NCBI RefSeq assembly: GCF_003918875.1
Contig: NW_025767657.1
Location: 1,364,001-1,428,000, forward strand
Length of the DNA stretch: 64,000 nucleotides
Source of the DNA: Haliotis rubra
Lineage: Eukaryota
Reading direction: 5' to 3'
Both the position numbers and the translations under genes were made by a program. Below the pieces are notes generated by a model that did not search any database, had not been told where the DNA came from, and saw only the letters and a list, made by a program, of their open reading frames with translations. Shown here in pieces: positions 11,261-25,629 of this stretch (its first letter is position 1; every line of letters starts with the position of its first letter).

Positions 11261-14049
11261 AGGTGCAGGGAGCCCACCCCACGGGGGAGTGGGGTAGGTA
11301 GAAGAGTGACAAGGGATGAGAGGTTTCACCCTAAGGAGGGGGTGAAGGGGGAAAATCAAGTGTGAAGAACTATGGGTTCCTCCCCAAGGGGAAGGTAGGA
11401 CAGGGGACATGTGAAGAGCTGTGTGCCATATTCCATTGGAGGTGGAGCCCGGGTATGTTGTGCAAGGGACAGTTGGTCCCACCCTAACGGTGGGGTGGGT
11501 TGGGGTTAAGGATATTATGAACTGTTGGTTCCACCCAAAAGGGCGGGTGTGATTCAGAGGAAAGAGCAGGGGATCACCCGCTCATGTGAACAATATGATA
11601 AAGGGACGGACCCTTGAACCTGGGTGAACAGGAAGTGATTTCTCCGGGTGGACATTCATAAGGAGACCCCTCAGAGAAAAAGTTAACAAGAGGGGTGTGA
11701 TGGCGTTCGTTCCGCGGGAAGGAGCCTATAAAACAGGGAGGGATGTGGTGATCGGAGCTGTCAACCGGAAGTTGGGGGACCCGACGGAAAGTGCCGGAGA
11801 CAGCCGATCGCCACAGCGAGTTCGTGGAAGCCATCTTGTGAGTATAACATTGCCTGATTCAGGGGTCTACATAAAAGCGTAGATTTGGGCCTCAATACTT
11901 ACAAGGTGCGAGCCGCGATTAACTCCACGGTGATCTAATAACGTGGTGAAGCCTGTGATCACTACAACATTTTACGAGAACATTCGTGTGACGTCACCTA
12001 TATTCGTGAGTCCGTTCCAGGAACTACATAGTGTAGCATAATGGCTTAAATAAGATATTGCATAGGGCATCTTGGTGCATTGTATATTATTATATCTATA
12101 TTAAAATCTAAAACTCCGCCAACAGTATGGATCCGAGAGGCGAAAGGCTACTTCCGGCATAACGTCATAGTATTGCCAGTTCCCGGTGGTTGGTGAGAGA
12201 GAAAAGTTGGGCGTTTGCGAGAGGGACTGAAACCGGGATCAGTAGCTGTTTGCAAAGTAAAGGGAAGCGGGTATTGTATAGTTTCAAACTGAAGGTCCAG
12301 CATTATTATATCCATTTGTTTTCATACGAAGGGATTATTTCGACTGATACTAGGGTTATGATATTGCTTTATACAGCGCTTAACCCACTCTCTGGACATC
12401 CTGCATACCACTTACTTTGATGTTGGTCCAATTTAACAAGGACTGTGTCATTTCAATGTTCACGGGTACAAGGAGACTAGACTGGCATTTTCACACAACA
12501 TGCATGTTCTTGCTCATAATAAGCTTAGGCTGCGTATTTATTTCTTATATTTGACTCTCATTGCAAAAATAACTTTGCATACTTTCATTTTGCCAAACTG
12601 AGAACACGAGCTTTACTTGTGTTATGTTTTTTTAAGTAAGTGGCTTTTCAGCATACTGCAGTGTTGTTTTATTTTTTGGTGTATGTTGCCAACTTGTGTT
12701 ATGTTTTCAGCATACTGAGAACACGAGCTTTACTTGTGTTATGGCTTTTCAGCATACTGCAGTGTTGTTTTTTATTATTATAAAACATTAAAAAGGACAG
12801 TTGTATGTTTATAGCACTTTCAAAATTATTTTCAAGGCTTTCTCTGTTTCGCATCATACGTTGAGTCCAAGCTGCAAGATTTGGGAGAGATAATTCGAGA
12901 TGTAATCGACTTATGATCAAAACAGTTTGATATTTTTAAAGGAATCTATTTTTTTCTTATGCAAAACGTTCTGTCTTGGTCAATTCTTTGCGTTTCTTGT
13001 CTACACTGATACAACAGCAGGTTAATAAAAGGTGGGTAGATATGATTTACAGGTAAACTTATTGATTAAAACTGTAGATAAACTTGTAATTCCTTTGACG
13101 AAATGGTTGTTACTGCAGTTTATGTCGAACCTGTCTTGTCCAGTATTCATAGCAGAGCGCGACATTGCAGTATTTTTACAAATGACGCAAACAATTACCT
13201 AGAAGCGGAACCGCGACTATCTTCACTGCTTCAGTGCCAAACTTGACACTGCTCAATTTGCCACAATGACCCTTGAGGAAGGCTTGCAAGGACGAGTCCA
13301 AAGGATGGACAGAAGCCTCTTCCATCACAAGTGCTTGCTCTCCCTGGCACTTCTCTCAACACCGAGGACCGTTCACCAGCTAGAAAGTCACGGCTATACA
13401 ACTACCGTACCTTGCTAGACATCTCGCAAGGAAGGATCAGTGGTCAAACTGCCAGAGCCACGATCCTGATGTATCAAGCTACCCAACGCCACGGACAGAG
13501 TTGCTCGCTGTATAGAGGCAGGGAGGATCGGTCTCTGTCTAGAGGCTGATTAATAGGTCAGGGCACCTGACCTTTGAAGATGTGATGGCCATCACGACGA
13601 TTTAGATATTCCTGAATTTTTAATTGCAAAAAAGTGTTAGACTCTTCCTGAAACCAAGACGGACAAGGTTTATTAGAAGTTTGAGTCCCAGCAGCCACAA
13701 TATATTTGAATATATGTTATATCACGTCTATTCCTCGTTGATATTTGATAGTAATGAGACTTATGTGGCCATAAATGTTCCACATCGTGCAACATTTCTG
13801 TGCAGGTCAATGTGGGACAAGCAGATAGAGCGAAAACACATGTTTTTCCCCCCAAGATATTTGTCTTTCACTTTATCTTTGTTGGATTTAATTTAGACAA
13901 CTGGTAGGATTTAATTTAGACAACTGGTAGGTTTCATAACTCCTATTGTCTTTGTAGAGTATGACCCGAAACCTGAAAATATCATTTATTACGAATTTTG
14001 AAATATTTATGTTAAAGGGACAAAACAAGTTTCAATCCATCACCACTGC

Positions 14050-14700
14050 AAGGACTAAGCTTTGCCTTGGAGACTTCAGAACCTCACCGATTCATTGTTA
14101 ATATGTAGAGGCTGATGAGCCAAGCTAAAACTACACCGTCATAAATTATCTTCACGGTATTTGTAAATTACGTTCTACTAAATCCAGCCCTGCATGTGAC
14201 TGTGTTTTAATCCTCTTTGAAAAGGAATAACAACTCATCATGTATTCCACCTCTTGGAGTCAGAATACAATCTGCAGTTGGTGCAGCTAAAATCGATCTC
14301 GGAAATACAAACTCAGCTTTTCTCTTCTCCACCATGGCAGTTAATACGGCCAAAGGTGGGCCTAGAATTAACTGAACAGAATAAATCTGAAACATTCCAA
14401 CAACAATATAATGAATTAAGAAACATTTATGATACTTTTAAATCAATCTTCACAGATGGATCCAAGGTTGGTGACACAGTTGCTAGTTCCACGGTCATTG
14501 AATCCAGAACAATACCTTCAAGATGGCGGCTCCATTTTTACACGAGTCCAATACCATACTAGCAGCTCTAAAATATATATAAACAACCAGTCTACATATA
14601 CACAGTTCCTCATATTTTCAGATTCTCCCTGGAATCTGGCTATTTAAAACATGTCTTCAAAGCATCCTGTTAATTGAAATTATTGAATTAATTAACGCTC
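14050..14700 (+). mobile_element. Fragment of RNase H-containing (I-group/Nimb-like) LINE
   Basis: GLSFALETSEP region corresponding to LRLCLGAFRTSP, SPPWQL, IFTDGSK, FLIFSDS. Frameshifted. Confidence 0.85.
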
Positions 14701-14708
14701 ATTCTTAA

Positions 14709-15774
14709 AGGTCACATGCAACGTAAAACACAACTTTGCAGATTCTGATACCTTTCGGTATGGACTTACCGAAACAAATCATCAAAAAATGCAAATTCAA
14801 CTTATAAAGTTGAAAAATAACGCGATGAAAAAACCCGCGCGAAATCGGAGTTCAAACGATTCACTAATTTTCCCCCGACTTTTCGGGGGAAAACTGGTTT
14901 CAACAGCTGGGCTGCGCTCATAGCACGTGCGCAGTGAAATAGGTTCGCGCAACTTGGAAGCGGGCTGTCCGGTGAATACTCGGTGAAGGCTTTGGTGTGA
15001 GCCATTTTCCTAATGTTTTGTTGATATCTCACAGGCGCGAGCTTTTTTATATGTTATGACAGTAAATAAACTGTTTATATAATTTCATTTGTCTATTTCA
15101 CCACACGTTCTTCTTACCGAGTCACTTTCTCAGTTCGATACTTAAAAGCAATGTCATTATTTAGCGTTGACAGAATTTCTAACTGTGATATAGATATGTC
15201 GTTGTCACAGACAAAACTCAATGTCTTGTTTTATTGACACCTGTGTGTCTGCCTGCCTGTCTGCTAATGACAATATTCAATACACAACTGCGATCACTGA
15301 CCACATGCAATTTGAACTTAACACCAATCAGGCTATACACCATAAACAAAACGCATTGATTTATGGCCCGAGTTCGGTCTCTGTCACATTATGTAATTAC
15401 ACAGAAAGGCAGGTGTGATACTTGAACACATGACATGTTATGATGTCTGTTGATTGCAAAATGTTATACACAAAAAAATGAACATGTATTTACCCAACCC
15501 AACATCTCTATATATATACACACACACAATGAGCCGTGAGGGGCATCTGCAAATGAACAAGCCGTTACATTTGAGTGCACTCCCACCCGCTCTGACTGGG
15601 TTCGGTATCCCGGCTGCTTCGTTTCTTGGGAAGTAAACCCAAGTACACAATATTGCACTTTTGATTTGCGATTGTACGCTTATAATTTTGTTTATATGTT
15701 TTTTTCATAACCAGCAATGTATATTATATGTCATGAATAAGTGATAATTGTGTTTTAATTATTGCATGTGACCT
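14709..15774. mobile_element. Non-autonomous DNA transposon, Kolobok-like
   Basis: TIR AGGTCACATGCAA / TTGCATGTGACCT with TTAA on both flanks (14705-14708, 15775-15778). Confidence 0.85.
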
Positions 15775-16689
15775 TTAATGCATCATTAGTTAATGGCATC
15801 ATTAAAAACAGTTGTATCAAACTCGTAATGCAAATATTTTCATCAAATTCGGGGATTCTCCTAAATCTATCCCACAATTCCGCGACGTAAACATGTAAGC
15901 GTTACTCTCGGTCGTCTATCAAAATGGCTAAACCTCGGAACAAAAACAAACATTTCGACTGCTGTAAAGAAACAGATCTCTATAAATCTGAAACGTCGAC
16001 GATAAACCTAGAATCGGTTGGGATGTTCTGGAAAATACAGGAACACGATCACCGAAGTGACCTTTCCTCCATATTGGATAGTTTACAAAATCAAGTTTCG
16101 TTAAGGTCGGTAATCGGGGTGGCAAATACCGTACACCTCGACCAAGAGGCGGTCTCATCTCTTCTACCTTCAACCTTCTGGATATCAAAATACAACTCAT
16201 CCAATCAACTTGGTCGTTAAACAAACCGTTTCCGCATTCCGGTTTTGGTTTATCATGAGATGACGAAAACAAGCATGGGATAAGCGATCTTCTAATACTG
16301 TACACGGGAGCCTAAAATTGTACATCAAATCTTCAAATACCGTACAGGGTATTTAATTCCGTACACCATATGTATAGTGTGTCTTCACACTGCATTATAC
16401 TGAAACGAATGTGTAAGGTTTACCTATTTAATAGTTCGGGTGTTTATCAAATATCTTTTTACTCTATTCTGTTTGTTTCGCAGTTATTCAATTCATTACC
16501 TGGTGCAAGTCCTATGATTTTAATGAATCCGTCATCAACTGGATATACAGTTGATACTGAGGAAATTACTCGAGGTGTGCCTACTGCAGATCTATCATAT
16601 AAGACATCGTTAATAAAATTATAAAAAGACAACGCAATTGTGTTTACCTATATGCTTACCTAAGACAGTTATTGTGATAACAATGTTGG

Positions 16690-17480
16690 ATAAAAGGTAA
16701 TTTTATCATACTTTATCAAGTACGGGTGGGTTCCACATTGTCTGAGTATTTCCACCAAGACCAGGGCGTCCCTCAAGGCAGCATCCTGTCTGCCACACTT
16801 TTTAGCATAAAAATTAACAGCCTCACTAACGTTTTGAACAGCTGTGTTGATGGGTCCCTTTTCGTGGATGATTTCAATATTTCATAAAGCTATCTTCACA
16901 GCTTTGACCTATATTAAACAACAGAACCATTCCAAAAACTTCATCATTTTAACAGATTCATTGTCTTGCCTTCAAGCACTTCAAAATGTTACTTCAAGTC
17001 ACCTTATCATCCTGGAACTTTACAATGATCTTTCCACTGGCCAATGCGACATCCTGGAACTTTACAAGGATCTTTCCACTGGCCAATGCGACATCGTCCT
17101 CTGCTGGTTGCCTGGTCATGTCGGCATAGCAGGTAACACGAAGGCCGATGCTGCAGCTAAAGCAGCTCTTGACAAGCCTCTTATCTCTTGGGTTGTCAGT
17201 CAAGACGTGATGAGGTGATTTTTTGACGGATGTGGTATTGGCCACAGTCGGTTTACTCATGACTATCTCCTGAAAACGGATTGGGATGGACCTCCTATGT
17301 GTGTCGCTTTCTGGCGATGAAGTGTTCACCATAAAGCATATTCTGATTGACTGTGTGGACTTATCGTCTGCAAGGGACTCACATTATGATGCGAGAAATC
17401 TGAAAGATCTTTTTCCCCGCCTGAGCGGACATCTCATTTTAACTACCTGAGGGAAGTTAACCTGTATCATAATATGTAAT
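16690..17480 (+). mobile_element. Internally deleted RNase H LINE fragment
   Basis: QGVPQGSILS (RT) is joined directly to TDSLSCLQAL...WLPGHVGIAGNTKADAAAK (RNase H) and HILIDC. Homologous to 32210-34505. Confidence 0.9.
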
Positions 17481-18159
17481 AATGTAATGTGAATGGCGAA
17501 TTGCTCGTTTCTAAATTTGGTATGACATTCTGTTTTTTAAATATTAATGTAATCAAATTATATGTCTTTAAACCTGGACTTTGTACTTGGAATGCTTATG
17601 AATAAATACTTCGCTATCTGAAATAATGCCGATCGCGTAAAACCAAACTCATGTTAGTTAAGACTGATAATATTTTTATTTAATGCCGATACTGATTATG
17701 CATACTATTTATAAGACAAGTGTAAAAAAAAGATCATTCACGAAAGATATGCTAAGTGAGTCTACACTTTTGAAGAGAACTGAATTAATCATATTCTTCT
17801 AAAGAAGTTATATAACTCTATTTATGTCATCTTTAAACTTCATTTAAAAGGGACTCCCAAACTTGTAAAATAGGCTTCCATAAGCCATTTCTTTTGGATT
17901 AAGCAGGAGACTTATGGTCACTCCTTCCACAAGCTGTGCCTCGGCTCGTCGTGACGTGAATATGGCGGCAGCGTTTTTTAAGATTGAGCTTTTATTTTCC
18001 AATCATTCATGGAGTGTTGTGACAACTGAAAACTGAGAAGATTATATTCTGTCATACAAGTCAAATAATTGTTATTAGTGTCAGTATATAAGGTTTCAAG
18101 TGGGCATGTTGTAAAATTCAAGCTGTAAAAAACTATATAAAAAGAAATATATTTGAAAG

Positions 18160-19030
18160 GTGTGCACGATAGTTTTATAACCTAAAAAGATTTGCTATGC
18201 TATCTGCCATTGAAATACTACAGGGCGTTGTTTGAGTGTTTCTAGTTGAGTGTTCAAAAACATCTTTCACATACACACTTTTTATGAGGGGAATATACCA
18301 TCAGGTGAAAGGTGTTTGCAAGTAATAGTAATAGTTTTATAATTTAAAAAAACATTGTTATGTTATTTGAGGTGTGTGAAAAGGGCAATATGACATATAT
18401 CGCCGATCTGCCATTGAAATACTGCAGGGGCGTTGTTTGAGTGTTTCTAGTTAGTGTTCACAAACATCTTTTCACATACCATTATGGTGAATATACCATT
18501 AGGTGAAGAGGTGTTTGCAAGTAATAGTGATAGTTTTATAATTTAAAAACATTGTTAGTGTGTATTTGAGGTGTGTGAAAAATATGACATATCGCCGATC
18601 TGCCATTGAAATACTACAGGGCGTTGTTTGAGTGTTTCTAGTTAGTGTTCAAAACATCTTTCACATATACCTTTGAATTTTTGAGGGGGAATATACCATC
18701 AGGTGAAAGGTGTTTGCAAGTAATAGTGATAGTTTTATAATTTAAAAAACATTGTTAGTGTGTATTTGAGGTGTGTGAAAAATATGACATATCGCCGATC
18801 TGCCATTGAAATACTACAGGGCGTTGTTTGAGTGTTTCTAGTTAGTGTTCTAAAACATCTTTCACATACGCCTTCAATTTTTATGAGGGGAATATACCAT
18901 CAGGTGAAAGGTTTTTGCAAGTAACATTGATACCTTTTTTCCTTTTTTTTTTTGTTAGTGTGTATTTGAGGTGTGTGAAAATATGACATATCGCCATTGA
19001 TGCTTGTGATGCTTGAGTGTTATAGTTCTA
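18160..19030. repeat. ~200-bp tandem satellite, ~4 units
   Basis: TCTGCCATTGAAATACT(A/G)CAGGG recurs at ~18203, 18408, 18599 and 18799. Confidence 0.92.
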
Positions 19031-20274
19031 AAACTTCTTTCTTTCTTGTTGATCTTAGTATTTGACAAAACTGGAAAGGTGTTTACAACGCTTTGTGATA
19101 GTTCTAAACTTTCTGTTCTTGAGGGGTCTGTGACAGTGTCAGTTAACATTCTGTCAATGCCCATGTCATTCCACACATGCAATACGATATCTGAATTAGT
19201 TACTAATGTAAAAACATGTCTCAAAGTAATGACAGCTGATGTTAACATTTGTGTTCTACCGATAGTTTTGCGTTCTTTAACATGTTTGGGGAGGGATGGC
19301 CGTGGTGTATCATTTATTCTTTCATTCATTCACATATGTTCTTTTTCTTTTGTTCTTTTTCTTAATTTCTTTCATTCATTCACATAAAATTCTTGCTCTT
19401 AATTCATTCATTCATTCATTCATTCATTGTAAAATTCTGACTGATACAATACACTGGCTGAAGTACTGTTAAACGCAGCCGAAGTTGCGCTGGGACCGAA
19501 CCAAGTCACTGTGTGCGTTGGAGCATGACGAGGCACACGTTAATTAGTACAAATGGTAAAGAAAGCAAGCGAGTGACCTATCCCTGTTGTAGAGTATCCC
19601 TGGATTAAGTAAGCAACATGAGACCTTCAAATTAACGAATTGGCCCTACAGAACGACAACATGCACATCGTTGCTACCATGAGAAAGTTAGTTTTGGGGA
19701 TTTTTACTTAACTGTCTCTGTCTTCTTTTTTCACAAGCTATTATCTCATCACTTGTAAGAATCCTGTGGCAGGTTAGTTTTGTGTGTGTTTGCGTTGTTT
19801 CTTTACTTCAATTTTTGGAATAGTAAATTCACGGACCACCTCATACGTACTTCTGCCTCCACACTCATGCTTTCCGTTTCAACAACAACATTACCAGTCT
19901 CGTCCATTGAAAATGGGACATCTCCTGTCAAAAAAGAAAGAATTAACTCTTCGTTTGACAGGAGCGTAGGACCCTCCGGAATAGCTACAAGAGCTTCGGA
20001 AGGTGTGTCGACTCAGTATCAGACGTCTCTAGAGCAGATATAATGACATCGTCTTCTACTGGAGTTGTCCCATCACCTGGCCCCGGGGTCATGAAAGTGA
20101 CTTAAGTCTAAAATTTGCTTAAATCTGTCATTTTGATCTTAAGTCCAAAAATTGTCTTAAATCGGAGATCACGTACATTTTTTAGTCTTAAAAGTTAAAG
20201 ACTAAGATCGTTTTTTGTTTTAAATCCTGAGACTGTTACCTACCAGACTTAAGTCAATTTTATTCCTGGCAAAC

Positions 20275-22377
20275 ATGGCGGAGACACGCGTTTTGAGACT
20301 TGTTAGACAGAAGGAAAGGAAAGAGCGAAACCCAAGAAAATTTACGGATAGATTCAACCCTCTCGAATGTTATGGTGACGAGGAACTTTCCATCGGTATC
20401 GTTTCAGACGATCAACAATATTTGTTTAGGTAAACCTCGTCAGTGGACAAATTGCTCACGAGACGAGGAGATCTTAAATTTGAGCCTTCCACCTGTGCTG
20501 CAGGTGCTAACCTTTTTGCAGTTCGTAGCAACGGGGGCATTTCAAGTGCTTCTCGGTGAAGCCTTACACATCAGCAAGTCGACCGCGGGGAGGTGTGTTC
20601 GGCGAGTGGCCGATGCCATTTGTCGTCACGCCTCCACCTTTATCAAATTCCCAAGTGGCCAGCGTCTACTAGACGTGAAAAGGAAGTTTCACGCAAATCG
20701 CAGGTAAATAATAATTCTGTAGCAGTGATTCATTAATATAGATTTACAATTACTGTATAATATTGAACAATATTTCTCTCTTCACAACAGACGCCATGAT
20801 ACTGTTGAAATACCCGGCTCGACTAGAGTGACGTCCCCTTGTTTGACAAAGCATTCGTAACCAAATCCAAATCGCACTATAAAATATTTCTCAAAATGAA
20901 TTTTAATGTGTGCTAAAATATTTTAAGTATTACTAAAAACTTGCATGTCTTACATGTAAACCATTTCGCGATGAAGATTATCATTCGGGACAGGGACAAG
21001 TCTTTCTGAGTGCGAACTGTCCAGTCTATAATTGCAGATACCAATGCCACATGTTGAAAGCTGTGTGAACAAATACCGTAAATAAGTTCAAAAATTAATT
21101 TAGAGACAATATAACAGGAAAACAATGTTAAAAGGTAAAATTGGCTTTGTGATTTTTCTTTCAATTTTAGGCTTCCCAAAGGTTGCATCGACGGCACCTA
21201 GATTTGCATTATCGCACCTGTTGAAAATGAGCCTGATTTTGTGAACAGAAAGTGTTTTCATTCCTTGAATGTTCAGGTAACCCAAAGCAATGTTGGTTGT
21301 TTGAACTATATGCAATGCACCATCGATCTTTTAAATTTAAAAAAACATTCTTATTAAAGGAGAAACATTATTAGACTACAAAATATTCATGTAAAAAATA
21401 TTGTCAATTTTTATTCATAATCACATAAACAATGAAGTATTGCAATTTGACGAGTATTTAACATCAGACTTACTACCCTTCCCCAAACAATTCTATAAAT
21501 TGTAATACTAATAAAACAAAACAAATTACTTGAATGTGATCATTGATGACATGATATTTTTAAATGAAATGATTCCTTGTTACACCTTATGACTTTTACA
21601 CAAAACCGCAAACTGACAACTTTACCATTATCGAAAAATGTAGTCAAACTTATGTAGAAATATATTTTAATTGGTTAACTTGAACAGAAAATTCAATGTA
21701 CTTTTAATTATTTCAGATGGTATGCGACCTCAGTTTCCTCATCACTAACTGCGTGGCTAACTGGCCTGGCTCATGCCATGACTCTAGGATCTTCAGGGAG
21801 AGCAAACTGTCAGAAAACTTTGAAAATGGTAAAGTATTTCTACTGTTTCCATGAAATTGTTTTTATAACAAGCTTGAAATTTTACAAAATTGTAATGTTC
21901 ATATCAATCGCATGAAATTATGAATTATTTTGGATACAGGACACTTTTTCTCTTCTATTTCAATTCACTGACATCATGAAATGATTCTTTTCCAGGACTA
22001 CACGATGGCATTCTTCTCGGGGATCCAAGCTACCCATGCCGGAGATACTTAATGACGCCATACAACATTAATAATATTCGGCACAAAGAAACATTTAACT
22101 TAGCTTTGTGTAGGACACGGGTACTGGTTGAACAGACCTTTGGGATAGTAAAAAGACGATTTCCTCGCTCTCTGTAGGTCTTAGAACAAATCCATCAAGG
22201 GCATGCAAGTACATTGTGGCCTGTGTTATCTTACACAACATTGGCATATTACAGTCTGATACAGTTATCAGTGATGTGGAAGAGTTGACACTGCAAGGCC
22301 CTCAATCAGCTTGTGGCCTTTCATGTCAATGAAGGATTTGGTATCAGAGATTTAATTGCGCAAAATTACTTGCTTGA
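20275..22377 (+). pseudogene. Harbinger (HARBI1-like) DDE transposase, 4 exons (~20275-20703, 21171-21276, 21718-21828, 21996-22377)
   Basis: FVATGAFQ...SKSTAGRCV; GCIDGT*I...FVNRKCFHSLNVQ; WPGSCHDSRIF; LLGDPSYP...LMTPY...RVLVEQTFGIVKRRF. GT-AG introns, in-frame stop and frameshifts. Confidence 0.93.
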
Positions 22378-22566
22378 GTATCCGATCTGTTATCTGCCAA
22401 TAAAAGTGTAATTCAGTTGCAATTGTTAATGAAATATTAAAATTGGATGGATCAGTGGATTTTACAGAATACAATGTGTTTTTCTATCTGAAAACCTATC
22501 TGTGTTATTGTAAATACGGTACATTTTGTAGTTCAACTCCTTCTTGTTTGTTGTGCAAGTGTGTTG

Positions 22567-23270
22567 TCACTTGCTCTCTGAGTCAATGCCGCCGGATATG
22601 CCACAGAGACTGGGACTGCCCTCCAGGTTCTGCAGCACAAGCTGCTCAGGGGTTGTAGGAGAGTCTGGGCGGGGTCCACCTTCAGTTGGGGGCCGCATAG
22701 CATTGCTCCTCTTAGCTTTGGCTGTAATCATTGTCAGATTAGGTTTAATATTATAATTGCAACACATACCATTACTTGCTATTCATAACTCTTCATGTTG
22801 ACAATGACAATATAAGATATTGAGGGAACTTGTATTTTTTAATTCTTCCAATTTCCAGATTAAATGATCATTGCACCATTGGGTCATATAACCATTATCT
22901 TGGTGAATTCTTACTGTAATTACTTTTTATCTAAATTTTCTTTTATTTTGGACCTTTGATAAATATTTCCAGATGAAAATGAGACTAATTACACTCAAAG
23001 ATCATAAAAATGTATGTAAGATAACAGTTATGTGTAATATGTGACCCACAAAATATATTGGGTTTCAGTAACCGAAATTTGTGTAATTTACCCAATTACG
23101 CAGTCCAGATGCAACAATGTTATTATATTTGTTCAGCAATAAGGGCACAGTGCCTAAATTGTTATTCTCGTGTACTGACTATGTAATTGTGACCTACCTT
23201 TCTGTTTGATGTTCTGGTATTTCTATTTCATTTCAGTGACGGATCTGATTTCTGAGTTACCGTTTCTAAC
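22567..23270 (-). pseudogene. Harbinger Myb/SANT-like accessory gene (partial exons)
   Basis: RSVTEMK*KYQNIKQK (~23200-23250) and TEGGPRPDSPTTPEQLVLQNLEGSPSLCGISGGIDS (22567-22730). Confidence 0.8.
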
Positions 23271-24599
23271 CAAATCAAGATCATAGTATTCAAAATGAAT
23301 TTGCAACTCAAAATCTACCTGTAGTTATGGAGATTGATAAGATACTAGTAGTTAATGAAAAATTATCAAGAAAACATGCAGGTGAACCACGAAAACATGT
23401 AACACGAGTTTAACACGGATCAAAAATGCAAAATAGAAACTTAGCTTTTTTCTGTAAATCCGATCCATATTTACATGTACTATTTGTATGTGAACATTTC
23501 AAGTATATGTATGTGTGGTTATCATTCTCACTGACAACTTATCCGGACTGAAGCGTAATAACAGCCGATACACGACAACGTGAAATCAAAATAAAAACTA
23601 CACCGACATGTAATGTAACCAGCCTTGTGATTTGTCAACACAAAAATATGAACCAATCAGGAAATAGATTATGGCTACTTGGAATGAAGTAAGAAGAGCT
23701 TCAGATGATATGTAGCAGCTTTTCGATGACATTCACGACTCATTGCCATATTAGAATTTGTTTTTAAATTTATAAACTGAGAGTGCATGAAGGTGGCAAG
23801 TATTGGATTCTTTTTGTCCGCCAAACGAATAAATCCACAAGTGCTCATTCAGCTCAGTCTATTTTGATTATTACATTAGAACAATTCGCCCAACTAGATA
23901 CGCAGTACATTTCATAAATCAGTTAGCTGAGGAATAAAATTTATCAGCAGAAATATTTTATTTCAGTTAGGTTGAAATATTGCATATTATATTTGTGATC
24001 GAATCTATATCTTTATACAAGCAAATTAATCTCAACTTACGAGTTCACAATCGCCGCACTTATCCTACTGGAGCCGTCAAGTTTTTCCGAAGGGAGACTC
24101 TTCCTCTTGGTCACCTCTTCGATGAGGATCGTCTTCTCTGGACGAGTCCAGTTGGATCTTCTCGGTATCTGAACCTAGCTGGTACTCCGCCATACTGACT
24201 GAGCGACTCTAGCAGACGATAGCCCAGCACGTGTTTGTGTTGATAAACATATCCATTACGTAACTTCCGGTGACTGTTGATTTCCCATCATACCGTAAAG
24301 ACACTAAAATTCACCACGGCAGGGATGACAACTTGACTTGACTTGTTTGGAACCTTTCGGCAGGTGCCTGCTACTAAACTATGTTCCTCAGGAAGAGTCA
24401 CCGGACATGATTACAACATTCTAAACTTGCCATGGCAGCTGTCTTGATCTTAGCTAGGAGATTTTGCTGAGACAGTTTCATGATCCAGTCTTATCTAAAA
24501 TCTTAGCTAAGCAAAATGTTTTAGACTTAAGATTTGTTAGTGCTAAGCAAATTTTAGACTTAAGTCACTTTCATGACCCCGGGGCCTGGAGCTGCATTA

Positions 24600-25560
24600 G
24601 CGTTGGCCTCAACGGAGTGCTTTTCCATTTTCATCAGACGAGACAGAAGTGGGCAATCCGAATGGTTGACATTGCCATTACTTGAAAGGGTAAATACCAC
24701 CCTTTGTGAACCCACTTTGAATATTCTGCGAGGTGAATGATGCCCCGTATGTATGCCTGGTTGAAAAGACGGGCCACTCCCACTTGCTGACTATATTGTT
24801 GGGGCTCTGGGCCATGAATTCTGTACAGATTATGTTCCAGTTACGGCTCAAGGGACCGAATACCGTTTTGTCAAGGTAACAGAGCCACTGGGTTGTGTGT
24901 GTGGTGGCATCGCAAACAAAGTAATATTGTTTGTCTTGGCTTCAAGCAAGAGTTCGACAGTCTCGTGGCTGCTGTGGCTGTTGAGGATGAGGTGTTGTAG
25001 TCTTCCTGGGCCACAGTGGCTGGTAAACTACTGAACCCCCAGCACTTCCATCCAGGCTTTACTCAGCACCCTCTACGCCAGCCTGCAACATTTTGTGGTT
25101 TGCCATGGGTGGAATGCTTTTTCCTGCAGCATTGATACATGCAAGGACAGTTACATTGTCCCTGCGGTTCCCAACACCACTTTCAGACAGCACTTTTGAC
25201 GGCTTATGCGTGAGAGGTACGCTAGATTCATCCATGTTCCAAACGTGCTGTGGTTTGTCCTGCAAACTTCGTGTAGCTATGGTCCCATTTAAGGCATCGA
25301 AATGGTAATCAACAACTTACTTTATTGAGCATCCTAGCTCAAACTGTTGACGGGGGTAACAGGAGAACGCAATTTGATGTCGGGGTTTCTTTTCAGAAAT
25401 CCAGATAGCCACCCGTTCCTGAAAGTAGATTTAATTTTAGCTTTTGCAGATTCTTCAACTTTCATTAACATTTTGTCGGCGGGTAATGCCGAAACTCCTA
25501 AAGGCTTTGCTTCTTTATTTGATTGGCGATGGCTTTGCTCCACCTCTCTGACTGTCGATT
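24600..25560 (-). pseudogene. pogo/Tigger-type DDE_1 transposase relic, abutting the Harbinger
   Basis: GWLSGFLKRNPDIKLR (CENP-B-type HTH) and VWNMDES...VTVLACINAAGKSIPP. Confidence 0.88.
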
Positions 25561-25629
25561 TCTAAGTCTCCCCACCCCCTTTACGTGGTTGCTTATTGTC
25601 ATAAACTAGCGCTTTCGTTTCTTACTCAA

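Larger units (their letters stand above)
1..13257. repeat. Tandem segmental array of a ~5.8-kb composite unit (periods 1-6505, 6506-12342, partial 12343-13257)
   Basis: ACTGATACTAGGGTTATGAT recurs at 1, 6506 and 12343. The units are collinear and near-identical except for indels and a Penelope insertion in copy 1. Homology stops after ...GACACTGCTCAAT at ~13257. The array probably extends left of the window. Confidence 0.95.
20080..24585 (+). mobile_element. Full-length, decayed PIF/Harbinger DNA transposon
   Basis: ~37-bp TIR GCCCCGGGGTCATGAAAGTGACTTAAGTCTAAAATTT at both ends, CTG TSD (20077-20079, 24586-24588), and two convergent spliced ORFs. Confidence 0.95.

Noticed and set aside
13260-13550. 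Possible RTE-LINE 3' fragment at the array breakpoint
   Set aside because: Similarity too weak to support without a database search.
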